IMG/VR virus record: IMGVR_UViG_3300028549_000563
Location: 1 to 64,000 of that record
DNA from: a virus
Length of the DNA stretch: 64,000 nucleotides
Direction: 5' to 3' (one strand)
Under the pieces are notes generated by a model that was not told the origin of the DNA, searched no databases, and worked only from the letters and a program-made list of their open reading frames with translations. The first letter of the stretch is position 1, and each line of letters opens with the position of its first letter. The translations under genes were made by a program, and so were the position numbers. This document shows, one piece after another, positions 44,804 through 55,687 of this stretch.

Positions 44804-46975
44804 TTGGCGGATAAGAAGGATAATAAATCCAATAGTAATGGTTTAGTTGGACGAGCTAATAATATCATAGCCATGCTAAATAATATCAGCAGAAAGACGT
44901 ATTATGCTAATAACGATGCTAAAGATGCATTAGAAGTTATTAGGCGTAATTCTGACGACGCTATAGATAGGATTATAGATAAGACCATTGATAATAATGG
45001 TACGCGTATAGCTGATCTGTATACAAGAGTAGAATTGAAGAATGGTACTAAGAATAAAGAAGTAGTTAAACAAATGGAAGCTCTCTTCGAAGATAAAGCT
45101 TCTATGGATAGTATTATGTCTACATATATGGAAAATAAATATATTAGAAATATGGATGCAGAGATTGATACTATTTTGAGATACATGCCGCAATTACAAG
45201 AAGCATTAGATGCTAAGAAAGATAGTATATTAGCATCAGATAGTTTTTCAAAAGATTTTATTAATATAAATAGTGATACTATTATCGGTAAAGATAATGA
45301 CCTTAATAGAAATGTAGATGAAATAAAAAATACTTATAAACTATCTGAACTCTTTGAAAATGCATATGATAATATAAGTAAATATGGAGAAGAGTTTATA
45401 TATACTGTGCCTTATGAAAAAGCCATATCTCAAATAATTAAGAATACTACCAATGGCAAATTCCAACCATATAAGGATAGGACTTCTATTAAAACAGAAT
45501 CTGTAGATGTAATGTTTGAAACTTCAACTATTAAGAATAATACAGAATTAATAACTGATGTAGCTGGAAAAATAACACTTAATTTTAACAAATCTGGATT
45601 TGTAGATTCCATTTTAAATGAGAGTACAGCTAAAGAAACGATTAAAAATGCACTTGTTAAAAAGGGTAAAGGAGATGATGCATTTGACTTTAAATCATTT
45701 TCGAACACTCCTGATGGTATCATAGACGCAGGCTCCAAACAACCAGAAATAAAAGTTAATGGTTGTGTTGTTAAAAAACTTAAGCGTGAAAATGTTATTC
45801 CTCTATATATTGATGAACTTTGTATTGGTTATTATTATATAGAAACAGATGGTAAAGATCTATTTGATTACATTGAAAATATTCATGATCCATTTAGTGG
45901 TATGAAAAATAATATGAAAAATGCCACATTTAGTACTAATAATATTAAAGATGATATTATTAAGAATCTTGCAAAAGACATATCTGAAAAGATAGATGCA
46001 GAATTCATCAATGCTAATCAAGATCTACGAAAAGAAATATATCTTATTCTTAAACATAATAAACTTAGTCAAAATCAAGCGAATAATATTACAGTTACTT
46101 ATATACCAGCTAATGAAATAAATCATATGTACTTTAAGAAAGATCCAAAAACAAACAGAGGTATATCTGATTTGATGGGAGCATTTATTCCTGCTAAGTT
46201 ATATGTAGCTATATATATTTCTAATGTAATAGGTATATTAACAAGGAGTCATGACAAGAGAGCATATTTTGTTAAACAGTTTGTAGATACAAATATATCT
46301 CAAAGTCTAATGAGTGTAATAAATCAAATTAAGTTATCTAACTTTGGTCGTAGAGAACTGGATAATCTTGATAATATCTTTAACATTGCCGGTAAATATA
46401 ATGACTTTGTAATTCCTACATCTCAGGGTGGAGAACGACCTATAGAATTTGAAGTTATTGCAGGTCAAGAGATCAATACAAATGATGAGTTGATGGAAAA
46501 ACTTGAAGATATGTCGATAAAAACTCTTAATGTACCAAAAGAGATATTAGATGCAAGTCAAGCTGTAGATTTTGCCACTAGACTTGTTATGTCTAATGCA
46601 AAATTCCTAAGACATGTATTAAAACGTCAATCAAGACTTGAAGATTTATATAGTATTGTAGCTACTAGAATATATAATGCTCATTATGCTACTAATGAAG
46701 AGATAACTATAACGTTGCCACCACCATCTCATTTACATTTAGGTAATATTAATGAATTATGGGTAAGTGCATCTACATTCATCGATGGTATTATTGAATT
46801 AGAAATGACTGATAAAGATGCTGAAAATGCAAGTTTTGAAAAGACTTTCAGAAAGAATCTGATGAGATACTATTTATCTACATATGTAAATTGGAAGATG
46901 ATAGAGTCTATAAAGAAACGCTCGATCCTAGAGGCTGCTATAATTAATGGTCCAACGGAAGCAGAAGAAGAATAA
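44804..46975 (+). CDS. large hypothetical protein (possibly structural or portal; function not supported by motifs)
   Basis: TTG 44804 lies 9 nt after GGAG (the track start 44795 abuts the SD); AACA-N6-TA 31 nt upstream; acidic C-terminus. Confidence 0.5.
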   Translation: MADKKDNKSNSNGLVGRANNIIAMLNNISRKTYYANNDAKDALEVIRRNSDDAIDRIIDKTIDNNGTRIADLYTRVELKNGTKNKEVVKQMEALFEDKASMDSIMSTYMENKYIRNMDAEIDTILRYMPQLQEALDAKKDSILASDSFSKDFININSDTIIGKDNDLNRNVDEIKNTYKLSELFENAYDNISKYGEEFIYTVPYEKAISQIIKNTTNGKFQPYKDRTSIKTESVDVMFETSTIKNNTELITDVAGKITLNFNKSGFVDSILNESTAKETIKNALVKKGKGDDAFDFKSFSNTPDGIIDAGSKQPEIKVNGCVVKKLKRENVIPLYIDELCIGYYYIETDGKDLFDYIENIHDPFSGMKNNMKNATFSTNNIKDDIIKNLAKDISEKIDAEFINANQDLRKEIYLILKHNKLSQNQANNITVTYIPANEINHMYFKKDPKTNRGISDLMGAFIPAKLYVAIYISNVIGILTRSHDKRAYFVKQFVDTNISQSLMSVINQIKLSNFGRRELDNLDNIFNIAGKYNDFVIPTSQGGERPIEFEVIAGQEINTNDELMEKLEDMSIKTLNVPKEILDASQAVDFATRLVMSNAKFLRHVLKRQSRLEDLYSIVATRIYNAHYATNEEITITLPPPSHLHLGNINELWVSASTFIDGIIELEMTDKDAENASFEKTFRKNLMRYYLSTYVNWKMIESIKKRSILEAAIINGPTEAEEE

Positions 46976-46986
46976 AAAACATAAAT

Positions 46987-47018
46987 AAGCCTATACCGTA
47001 ATGGTATAGGCTTTTTAT
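46987..47018. terminator. bidirectional terminator between convergent genes
   Basis: aagcctatacc / gtaat / ggtataggctt followed by a T-run. Confidence 0.8.
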
Positions 47019-47022
47019 TGTA

Positions 47023-47772
47023 TTATTTAGATACAGTAGTTCCAGTGTAGATGAATTTATCAGCATTTTTAACGATACTCATAGATCCTATCAAATCTTT
47101 TGCCATTGCATTAACAGCATCGCCTTGAACTACGAAACAGCTCATTTCCATTGTAACTTCCTTAGCATCATGAGCTCCTCTTTCAGAGTTATAGATGTTA
47201 AGTTCAGCTTTTGTTGGTTGAGCAGCTAAGATTAAGAATGCTTTTTCTACATCAAGACCAGTACTGTCAGTTACCCAGTAGATTAATGTAAATATTTCAT
47301 TCTCGAAACCAGCGTCTATAATACCATCTTCAATCAAACCATGATAATGTTTGAAACTTGAACGTGGGTCATATAAACCTGTTAAGAATAATTGGTTAAA
47401 TTTAGTAAGAGGCGCACCTGATTTCTCAGTATATCTCATACTAATAGTAGATGCGGATTGCTCTTTAACTTTGTTAATCAAGTTAAGTGTATTTAAACCG
47501 TCGTTGATTTCTAAAGTTTCAGAACTGATATCTTCGATACCATCCATACCTTTAAACTCATTTTGCATAATATGGACAGCATTATCGATTATAGCTTTGT
47601 ACGCTGCATCTTTTGAACCTAACTTTTCTAAGAAAGTAGGTATAGCTAATACCGTCAGAAAGGAATGACCAGATTCGTAGATATCGAATTGCTCCAAATT
47701 ACCAAAGTCAGTAATTCCTCTAAATAGGTTATATTTAGTTAACGATTTAGGTTGTTTTGAATTATTAAACAT
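47023..47772 (-). CDS. hypothetical virion protein (position suggests tail tube)
   Basis: Immediately downstream of the sheath-like gene; no motif support. Confidence 0.4.
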   Translation of the reverse strand: MFNNSKQPKSLTKYNLFRGITDFGNLEQFDIYESGHSFLTVLAIPTFLEKLGSKDAAYKAIIDNAVHIMQNEFKGMDGIEDISSETLEINDGLNTLNLINKVKEQSASTISMRYTEKSGAPLTKFNQLFLTGLYDPRSSFKHYHGLIEDGIIDAGFENEIFTLIYWVTDSTGLDVEKAFLILAAQPTKAELNIYNSERGAHDAKEVTMEMSCFVVQGDAVNAMAKDLIGSMSIVKNADKFIYTGTTVSK

Positions 47773-47790
47773 AGTCTATGTTCCTCCTTT

Positions 47791-49608
47791 CTAGTTTATA
47801 GCATAGATAGTGAAGTATTCACTCTCAGCGTAATCTTTGAATGATACCTGGATAGAAGCTTTAAATATTTTGTTCTGTAATGCAGTTGGATCTTTAATAT
47901 ATTCGAAAGTAATAGTTTTAAAGTTATCTGTAAATTTATTGATTACAGACTCAACATCTTTTCTATATGTTTCAAGATCTTCTCCATTTAAGAAGCTGTA
48001 TCTGATTTTAGGACACTTAGTTCTAATAGCTTTAATAACTTCTTGAACTGCTAATACGTTATTAATGTATGAGAATTGACTAAGTTTATCTTGTGAAGTA
48101 TATTGAGACTCGATAACAAGCTCATTATCAAAATATGATGCATAGTTGACTCTAAGATCAACTAAATCTTCTTTTTGATTTACTCCAGGTGTAATTCTAG
48201 GTAAATAGTTGATAGTACCTTTTATAGCATCAGCTATAATAGCACCATTAATTTTACCAGCAAGTGGTCGATGTCTACCATTTTTAAAATGCTCAACAAC
48301 GATTTTAGATAATGTATACCCAACAGTAACTTGAACTTGTTTCTTTGAATAAGGATCGATAACATCATAAGATAACATGTTTGATGAAGAGTACATAGAA
48401 GGATTAACCCCTAACTCTACAGCAGCAATTTCATCGAATGTATTTACGAAACCAGAGTCTCTGAAATAGAATAAATCTTGTCTGAATTCAACAAAATCTT
48501 CAATAGCTCTTTTAACTGGTTCTGGATAATTAGCATCTACGATTGCGTCGATTTTGTATTCGTCTAAATCATAGATATTGTTTGTGATTTGACCTGTGAA
48601 GAATTTTACTAATTCTTCTTCTAATGCAACAGTATTGATAGGCTTAGATCCAAATGTACCATTAGATCCGTTAGCTAAACTAATACCATATACATGAGAT
48701 AAAGATACAGATGCAGCAGATAAAGAAATAGCTTGAAGAGCTTTGTTAGCTTTAGTCTTGCCAAATAAAATATCTGTTGAATAAGGACTTTCCAATCCTG
48801 ATATTTCTGTAATTTCATCAATAAAGCTTTCAGTATAAACTTCTAATACTGAACAACGAACTTGGTTCGAGTAAGTATTTACTACTGAAGCTATAGAAAT
48901 ATTTCTATTTCCAGTGATTTGTGATGGGTTGAAGCTGAAGTTTAGAGTTTCTAAAACACTTGTGTTTTCGATAATCTCTAATTGGTATTGGACATAATCA
49001 TATCTTTTACTTTCAGCATAATCTGGAGAAATTCTAAATTTCTTATCTGAATCTCCACGACCAATATCAGTAACAACTATTAATGGGAATGTTTTATATC
49101 CATTAATATCTGGGGTGTCGCTGTACATAGCTTCAGCAGAAGCCATAACCTCAGTAATAGTTTTGATATTAGTTACAGATCTAACCTCGAATTTTAGATC
49201 TACTACATCTACCATTATAGCTGTTGCTCCAGTTGGAACAGTTGTTTCTGCTCCATCTAAAAGATATAAAGGTTGATTTAAAGAGTTTAATTTTTGTTGT
49301 TGAATAGCTTTTGTTTTTGCAACAATAACTGCATTAGCTAATAATGCATCTGGCGCTACTAATCTGTTAACTAAAACATTTGCTCCTGCCTGTAGCGATC
49401 TAGCTGTTTGCAGCATAGGTTGGCCATGTTTAACAAATGATACATTACCATATAGCTCTTGGAATTTAGCCCAAGCTACAGTATTTAATCCTTCTGGCCC
49501 TTTATCTGCTGTAATTGCATACATCATTAACGGTGCCCCAAGATTAGAATCAGCAGATTGACTAAACTCAGTGTTATCAATTACTTTGAACTCTGAATGA
49601 GGATACAT
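47791..49608 (-). CDS. tail sheath protein
   Basis: The N-terminal region (ITADKGPEGLNTVAWAKFQELYGN...LQAGANVLVNRLV) follows the pattern typical of contractile-tail sheaths; the 605-aa size fits. Confidence 0.55.
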   Translation of the reverse strand: MYPHSEFKVIDNTEFSQSADSNLGAPLMMYAITADKGPEGLNTVAWAKFQELYGNVSFVKHGQPMLQTARSLQAGANVLVNRLVAPDALLANAVIVAKTKAIQQQKLNSLNQPLYLLDGAETTVPTGATAIMVDVVDLKFEVRSVTNIKTITEVMASAEAMYSDTPDINGYKTFPLIVVTDIGRGDSDKKFRISPDYAESKRYDYVQYQLEIIENTSVLETLNFSFNPSQITGNRNISIASVVNTYSNQVRCSVLEVYTESFIDEITEISGLESPYSTDILFGKTKANKALQAISLSAASVSLSHVYGISLANGSNGTFGSKPINTVALEEELVKFFTGQITNNIYDLDEYKIDAIVDANYPEPVKRAIEDFVEFRQDLFYFRDSGFVNTFDEIAAVELGVNPSMYSSSNMLSYDVIDPYSKKQVQVTVGYTLSKIVVEHFKNGRHRPLAGKINGAIIADAIKGTINYLPRITPGVNQKEDLVDLRVNYASYFDNELVIESQYTSQDKLSQFSYINNVLAVQEVIKAIRTKCPKIRYSFLNGEDLETYRKDVESVINKFTDNFKTITFEYIKDPTALQNKIFKASIQVSFKDYAESEYFTIYAIN

Positions 49609-49656
49609 TGTCCTACCTCCTTTATTTGTATTTGCTTATAGATTAATCCTAAGCTT

Positions 49657-49668
49657 TATTATTATGTT
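49657..49668 (-). promoter_or_regulatory. AACA-N6-TA promoter-like motif
   Basis: aacataataata, 49 nt before the sheath ATG 49608. Confidence 0.4.
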
Positions 49669-49673
49669 ACTAT

Positions 49674-50405
49674 CTACTTACTCATGAATAACTTTTCTAA
49701 TGGGCTATATTTATGGTTTTTGTTGGTAATTGCATTGGCCATAGACTCATCCCAATTTTCACTAGTCACTGCTGTGTAAGGCGATATAATATTTGGAATC
49801 TCAACAATATTAATATTTTTGTATGCCGTCATATCTGTATTTTTAGAAAGTCTAAAAGGTACAGATAAATCATTTGGAGATCTGCTTAATTCTCCTGAAA
49901 CTATACCAACAAGAGATGCTGGAACTTGATAATTTTTACCATTAATTTCAGCATTTCTTAAAATATATTCATGCTTCTTATCATATGGTATATTGTTAGG
50001 CAGCACTCCAGTTATCATCATTCTAAAGAATACTTCTACATAGTCTGGAAGTTTTGGAACTTTAGTAGATACTATAACCTTATCGCCTTTTCTAAATACC
50101 AGCAATCTATAATCAGCAACTTCATTATTTTTAGTCAATTTCAAATTAGTCTGTTTTCTGATTTCACTAGGTTGACAATTGAATACACTTGGAAAATTAA
50201 ATAACTTTAATCCTCCAATAGGTTTATCATTTGCATCATAGATAGCATATGTAAATATACCAACTAATTTCATTAACTCTCCATCTTGTTCAGCATATCC
50301 ACTATCAAAATATCTTTCTGGTATATAATAAATAATAGATCCTTCATTGGCAAATAATATAGAATTCTTTTCTCCCTCTTTAAGAAAACTTGGTAAATTA
50401 GTCAT
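49674..50405 (-). CDS. hypothetical virion-module protein
   Basis: 243-aa ORF, SD AAGGAGGTG. Confidence 0.5.
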   Translation of the reverse strand: MTNLPSFLKEGEKNSILFANEGSIIYYIPERYFDSGYAEQDGELMKLVGIFTYAIYDANDKPIGGLKLFNFPSVFNCQPSEIRKQTNLKLTKNNEVADYRLLVFRKGDKVIVSTKVPKLPDYVEVFFRMMITGVLPNNIPYDKKHEYILRNAEINGKNYQVPASLVGIVSGELSRSPNDLSVPFRLSKNTDMTAYKNINIVEIPNIISPYTAVTSENWDESMANAITNKNHKYSPLEKLFMSK

Positions 50406-50442
50406 TTAAGATCACCTCCTTTATAATTATATGATAGTTAAA

Positions 50443-50480
50443 CAAATAAAATAGAAGTACACCTAAACGGTGTACTTCTT
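50443..50480 (-). terminator. hairpin terminator
   Basis: agaagtacacc / ggtgtacttct, with a T-run on the minus strand. Confidence 0.7.
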
Positions 50481-50486
50481 ATTTAA

Positions 50487-51737
50487 TTAGTTATTTTTCA
50501 TATCAAGTATAGTCTTCTCGATATTAGATACAAGAGTTTTTGAAAACTCTGTTTTCATTATATCGATATGATCTAATGTAGCAATACTGTTTATAAAGTA
50601 ATACATGTAAGTATGCTCATGTATTCTTGATGACTGCATTCTTTCACAAGTTTTACAGAATAAAATTACAAACTTCTTAATGTCATCTGAAGTTATACCT
50701 GATTCCATAGAGATCTTTCTTTCAAGTATTGGAGCTACTATTCTAATATCACTGATATTGAATTTTGATATAGCATATTCTCTACTAAAGTGATTGCAGA
50801 ATTTATTGTATTTCTTAAGATCACCATTAAGAATACCATTTAATCTACCACGACGACGATCAATTTCTCGATGTAATAATTCCATAGTATAGCTATACTC
50901 AAAGTATTTAGATACTAGTCTAAGCTGTGCGGCTTTTTCTGCAGCACCATTAGCTTCGATAATATCAGCCTTTTCTAGTAATTGTATTCCCATAATATCA
51001 GAAATATTTTGTGTATATAAATCTAAATATTCCGGTATATCCATCTCTACTGCAATGGCTTTTTGTAGGTCAATATAAGCCTGGTCCAATTTCAATTCAG
51101 TTTTCATCATATCTAAAAATGAATTAGCCATCATATCTCTAGCCATAGGAGTATTTTGATCTCTTGGTATTACTTCCATTATTTGTTTTTGTATTGGTTC
51201 TGGCATTCTAGAGTAAAGATTCTTAACTTTAGTTTCACTATCATCATTTATTAATGTTAATATAGATAGCATTTTTTCTAAATCGCTATCTTTTAAACCC
51301 TGCTCTTCAAAATAAGATTTCAATGTATCTTCATCTATTTTTACTGGATCTTGTGGTTGTTCTTCGCCATCTATAATATCTGATAAAGATACGCTCTCTA
51401 CTGTATCTGCCTTTTCATCGATAGAAGTTATATGAGAAATTCCAGTAATAGGATCTACAACTATAGTTGCTTCCATCTCTTTAGACTCATATTCTTTTTT
51501 ACTATCTTCTATAGATTGTAATTGTTCTGGTGACATATCTCTACCAGAATTTGATGGTAGTTCTTGATATTTTTTATCTTCTGGAGATATAGAATCTTCA
51601 ATAAAATCTGCAATTTTATTTAAATCCTGATCCATAGCTGTTGGTATAATTGGACCATTCAAGACTTCATTAATAACTCCTGTATCTATGGTCATACCTA
51701 ATTTATTTGCCATTTCTCTTACATCTTTTTCATTCAT
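50487..51737 (-). CDS. hypothetical protein (acidic N-half)
   Basis: 416-aa ORF. Confidence 0.5.
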   Translation of the reverse strand: MNEKDVREMANKLGMTIDTGVINEVLNGPIIPTAMDQDLNKIADFIEDSISPEDKKYQELPSNSGRDMSPEQLQSIEDSKKEYESKEMEATIVVDPITGISHITSIDEKADTVESVSLSDIIDGEEQPQDPVKIDEDTLKSYFEEQGLKDSDLEKMLSILTLINDDSETKVKNLYSRMPEPIQKQIMEVIPRDQNTPMARDMMANSFLDMMKTELKLDQAYIDLQKAIAVEMDIPEYLDLYTQNISDIMGIQLLEKADIIEANGAAEKAAQLRLVSKYFEYSYTMELLHREIDRRRGRLNGILNGDLKKYNKFCNHFSREYAISKFNISDIRIVAPILERKISMESGITSDDIKKFVILFCKTCERMQSSRIHEHTYMYYFINSIATLDHIDIMKTEFSKTLVSNIEKTILDMKNN

Positions 51738-51762
51738 AGTTAGTCTTCTCCTAAACTTTTTA

Positions 51763-52584
51763 TTATTCTATATTATCTTCTAATGATTCATCTTCAGCTT
51801 GTGGTTGAGATGAAAACATAATAGATTGTTTATCAGATTCTACCATAATATAATGTATTCTTAATCTAATGGCATTTATTAGATTAATCTTATTTGCAAA
51901 ATTATTAACAGTGAATGGTCTAACAAATATTTCTCTAAACATATCTCCTTTAGATTCTACAATCATAGATAGATGCCTAGCAATATTTTTATCATCACAT
52001 ACGATATTTAAGATATCATCAAATTTAATATCATATGTAAATAGATAATCAATAACAGATTCCAGATTAGACTGGATTACAGCAATCTTTACATTGTTGT
52101 ATGATTTCTTACCATAGATAGTTGAAGAGTCTTTATTTCTTTTCAATGCAGCCATCTCAAGGGCATTATATAAATTATTTTTTTCCTTTATTATTACGCC
52201 AGCATAGAATGAAATTAAATTCTCTTTAAATTTAGCAACAAAGAAATCAAATAAAGCCCAAGCTACAGAATAGTTATCAGTTATATCTGCTGTGGGTATT
52301 ATTGCTAGATTATGCGCCTCACATATAATCTTTATTATAGTATCATATGTACTTTGTCTTGCAATTCTTAATTCTTCTGCAATACTTGGATTATTGGCCA
52401 TTTCGCTATTAAATCCAAATTCTAATGACTGCACCGTATTTGGTAGCCCTATAAGATTATGACTGCATTTATTGATTATATTATCCTGAACAATATTCAG
52501 AATAAGATCTCTGTCAAAGTGCGCTAATATTATAGCAGACTCACCTTCACTTACCATATTGTAATTCTGCAAATTACTAAGCAT
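51763..52584 (-). CDS. hypothetical protein
   Basis: 273-aa ORF, SD AAGGAGG. Confidence 0.5.
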   Translation of the reverse strand: MLSNLQNYNMVSEGESAIILAHFDRDLILNIVQDNIINKCSHNLIGLPNTVQSLEFGFNSEMANNPSIAEELRIARQSTYDTIIKIICEAHNLAIIPTADITDNYSVAWALFDFFVAKFKENLISFYAGVIIKEKNNLYNALEMAALKRNKDSSTIYGKKSYNNVKIAVIQSNLESVIDYLFTYDIKFDDILNIVCDDKNIARHLSMIVESKGDMFREIFVRPFTVNNFANKINLINAIRLRIHYIMVESDKQSIMFSSQPQAEDESLEDNIE

Positions 52585-52617
52585 GATGTATTGCCTCCTT
52601 TTTAATGTCTTTATTTT

Positions 52618-52629
52618 TACTATATTGTT
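52618..52629 (-). promoter_or_regulatory. AACA-N6-TA promoter-like motif
   Basis: aacaatatagta, 34 nt before ATG 52584 and just after the terL terminator. Confidence 0.45.
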
Positions 52630-52672
52630 ACAAGCATAATAAATTCTGACATAGCCTAAACTATGTCAGAAT
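52630..52672 (-). terminator. hairpin terminator after the terminase gene
   Basis: attctgacatag / ctatgtcagaat. Confidence 0.65.
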
Positions 52673-52677
52673 GTTAT

Positions 52678-54132
52678 TTAGTTATCATTGTAAAAATCTG
52701 TAAATAAATTGGTTGGTAATTGGACAATTCCAGTATCACGTTCACTTAGATCTATATGATATTTATCCTCATATATTTTTCTACCGAGTTTAGTGTTTAA
52801 AAGGTTCTCCATAGCCTGATTATCTTTTGTAGTTTCTTCTGCTAAGAACTTATCATACAATTTAGATTTATCTTTTAATATCTCTAATTGTCTTTGAACT
52901 ACTTCATCAGATATTGTTTCTATTTCTACAGCAATATTAGTTTTATATCGCTCTTCAATCTTATCAATACCTTCTTCAAAATCGGCATCCGATTTAATAG
53001 ATTGTTTTCTGACACCATATCGTTCCATGATATCTTTACCTTCATACCAAACATATAGTGCCATTAAGTATGAGAATATCTGGTCGTCATGTGATTGTGA
53101 TGAATGTTCTATCTTACCGTTACGTTTTACTTCTAGACCTTCTAATTCGCTAAATATTATAGGAGCTATAAATTTATCTTTATGATGCTCCATACGCTCT
53201 CTTAGAATTTCCATTAATAAATTTCTTATTTCTTTACTAGAATCAAGACCATATACTTTGGTTCTTTGTGTAGTCTTAATAGTTGTTCCACCTTGACCAA
53301 CACGTTCTTCAATAACTTTATCTTTGATCTCATAAAATAGATTTCTCTTAATGGATGTCTTCATTAATTTACTAGTAACTGATGCTCCATATCCGCCGTT
53401 TCGCTCTATATTAACTACAGCATTTGGCATATATCTTGTTACTAATTCATATATAACTCTTGCCAAATCATCTGTACTTATATAATTACAATTCAATGTA
53501 GCTACTATTTTAGTAGTAGTGGAATCAATTATAGTTATTGCAGATGAGTCTCTCATATATCCACCAGAAACGTCTACACCTATAATTGGAGGATATTGTA
53601 AATTCATTTCTTCATAAATATGCATTTGATAATAGTTTGCTAAAGTTATAGTTCGTATAGGTTCTTTAATCAACCCTTTAACTATATTTATATCTTCTTT
53701 CTTGAAAGGAGAGTTATCTGAAGTTTTGGACCACTCTAATAAAACTTCTCGGCGGATTGCACTCCAATCTTTTCTCATTGTAATACATAATTTTCTAAAC
53801 CATTCTTCATTCTGTCCAAGTTGTTGATACGTATATCTAATATAAACAAAGTCACTATTAGTATTCTTACCAAGAAGATCTCGCAATTGATCTTCTCCTA
53901 AGTCATAGAATGATTCATCAAATCTAGTTGCTGATTCTTTAGTTTCATAAGCCTCTAGACCTTCAGTGGTAGTCATATCTCCAGGAGTTGTTGTTATCAA
54001 GATACCATATGGAGCATTGTTTCTAGCAGCATTTGATGCAGCTGTATTGAAGGCTGGTGTAGCTGATAAGTATACTATGCCTACATAAGGTATAAACGCA
54101 TATTCATCGTACCATTGAATAGGTTGTGTACA
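52678..54132 (-). CDS. terL: terminase large subunit, exon 2
   Basis: The frame is open from 54132: CTQPIQWYDEYAFIPY (Walker B-like WYDEYAF) runs into track ORF 52678-54000. Confidence 0.8.
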   Translation of the reverse strand, partial: CTQPIQWYDEYAFIPYVGIVYLSATPAFNTAASNAARNNAPYGILITTTPGDMTTTEGLEAYETKESATRFDESFYDLGEDQLRDLLGKNTNSDFVYIRYTYQQLGQNEEWFRKLCITMRKDWSAIRREVLLEWSKTSDNSPFKKEDINIVKGLIKEPIRTITLANYYQMHIYEEMNLQYPPIIGVDVSGGYMRDSSAITIIDSTTTKIVATLNCNYISTDDLARVIYELVTRYMPNAVVNIERNGGYGASVTSKLMKTSIKRNLFYEIKDKVIEERVGQGGTTIKTTQRTKVYGLDSSKEIRNLLMEILRERMEHHKDKFIAPIIFSELEGLEVKRNGKIEHSSQSHDDQIFSYLMALYVWYEGKDIMERYGVRKQSIKSDADFEEGIDKIEERYKTNIAVEIETISDEVVQRQLEILKDKSKLYDKFLAEETTKDNQAMENLLNTKLGRKIYEDKYHIDLSERDTGIVQLPTNLFTDFYNDN

Positions 54133-54506
54133 CGTGTTCTTCAGTTAGAGTCGTTAATTCTAACTCGTTCTCTTATGAACTGCTATATGTTACCATATAG
54201 ACGAGACTATATCTTCACCCTAACATATCTCTTATAAATATGTTAGGGGCTTCCCATTTCCACTCACTTGAGTGTACTCTACTAGCTTTAAGTATATTTC
54301 TATACCCACCGAATTATTACAGCATCAGTGTCATTAGAGCATTCAGTTTCTTGAATGACGTAGCTTTCGATAGTCGTTGAACCTTATTCCTAATAATTAT
54401 TAGGAATCTTGGCTGCTGATTGTCCCATTACATTTATTGGGAGTTCCCAGACAATTAAAGAAGTTTTTTACGCCGCATTACTACGACGAGAGGCAGTATT
54501 TAATTT
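54133..54506 (-). mobile_element. ORF-less group I intron in terL
   Basis: Exon 1 ends ..GAGGU, which can pair with GCCUC 13 nt into the intron (U.G wobble). The intron ends ..ACACG. It shares 79-nt and 23-nt identical blocks and a homologous 3-prime end with the topoisomerase intron. Confidence 0.75.
54258..54336 (-). repeat. 79-nt block identical to 12741-12819
   Basis: The reverse complement matches base for base. Confidence 0.85.
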
Positions 54507-55196
54507 ACCTCGACCTAAACTATTTGCTAGTATTTTATTACGTGCAGACGCTAACGTTCTAATCTTATTCTTATTCGATGGATGTTCCAATGTCTCGACT
54601 GTATCTTTTGGTTTGGTATATTTTCCATTATCTCCAGGAATAGAATCCATTATTAGATAAGATGGTAATGATCCACGAAGCTCTTTAAATCTAGCTAAGT
54701 TCATTTTTGAGTCTTCATGCTTCTTATTAATAAACATAAACTCTGAGTTAGATGTACCAAAATTAAATACCCATAAATAACGTATCAATGCAGATACGGT
54801 CTTACCATTCTGTCTAGGGAACTCTACAAACATATTCCAGTTTCTTACAAATCCAAAGTTTAATGCTAAGTTTCCTCTAGTAAGTTTATACTTAGCACCA
54901 GAACCTATAGCACCCCCTTGATCGGGAACTCTTACTACTTCACGAATAAAATACCAATAATTTAGTATACATTCTCTAAGTATTCTTGCTTTCATTTGTT
55001 GATTTAATCTTGGATCTCTTGGATCTACACCTTCTAAGCCTTTATCTAATAATGCTAAAAAGAATGCATTCTTTTTGATACCTCTATCTTTTAGATAGTA
55101 GTGTATATCTAAGAATGATTGATTATTGGTCGAAAGATGGGTATGTACTACGTATTTATACTGTGGTGCGCCATTAATAGCCATATCATGTACCAT
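54507..55196 (-). CDS. terL: terminase large subunit, exon 1
   Basis: FPRQNGKT (Walker A). The ORF continues only 13 codons into the intron. The start could instead be ATG 55184, because 55196 abuts the SD. Confidence 0.8.
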
Positions 55197-55215
55197 CTCC
55201 TTTCATATGTTTAAA

Positions 55216-55227
55216 TTACATATATGT
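55216..55227 (-). promoter_or_regulatory. AACA-N6-TA promoter-like motif
   Basis: aacatatatgta, 20 nt before the terL ATG 55196. Confidence 0.45.
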
Positions 55228-55266
55228 TCGGATTAATAGTTTTGTAATAGTACCACATTTCAATGG

Positions 55267-55281
55267 TATATTATAGATATG
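55267..55281 (+). promoter_or_regulatory. TATATTATA-N3-ATG promoter-like box
   Basis: tatattatagatatg, upstream of leader copy 1. Confidence 0.45.
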
Positions 55282-55311
55282 AAACTAATAATATGTATAG
55301 CAATATACATC

Positions 55312-55363
55312 ATTTTGCTATGATCCCGAAGATCTATAGCACACTTTCAAGGAGGACTTTAAA
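55312..55363 (+). repeat. 52-nt hairpin-plus-SD leader element, copy 1
   Basis: attttgctatgatcccgaagatctatagcacactttcaaggaggactttaaa; matches copy 2 at 51 of 52 positions. Confidence 0.8.
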
Positions 55364-55687
55364 ATGAAATATATTAACAAAATAAAATTAACATCAAAAA
55401 TCATGGCTAGCGATAATGATTTATTTTATGAAGAAGCTAGGAAAATTAAAGATTTATTAGAAGAGTTTGCTGCGAATCAAAACATGTTCATTACTAAGTC
55501 TTCCGTTGAAGAAGATTTTGAAAAATTCATGAATGATAATTGCGATTTATCGCTAATATCGATCCGTGTAATAGATAATTTAATGTATGAATTTATAAAT
55601 TCGTATGACGACAATCTATTCACTATGCCATCAACTCGACAAGTAATGATTATTCTTGCAAAAGTAGTTTATAGAGCTACTGCATAA
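55364..55687 (+). CDS. hypothetical protein
   Basis: 107-aa ORF behind leader copy 1. Confidence 0.55.
   Translation: MKYINKIKLTSKIMASDNDLFYEEARKIKDLLEEFAANQNMFITKSSVEEDFEKFMNDNCDLSLISIRVIDNLMYEFINSYDDNLFTMPSTRQVMIILAKVVYRATA

Noticed and set aside
54409-54660. 83-aa plus-strand ORF across the terL exon 1 / intron boundary
   Set aside because: It is antisense to the terminase Walker-region exon and the intron P1 region, and has no SD.
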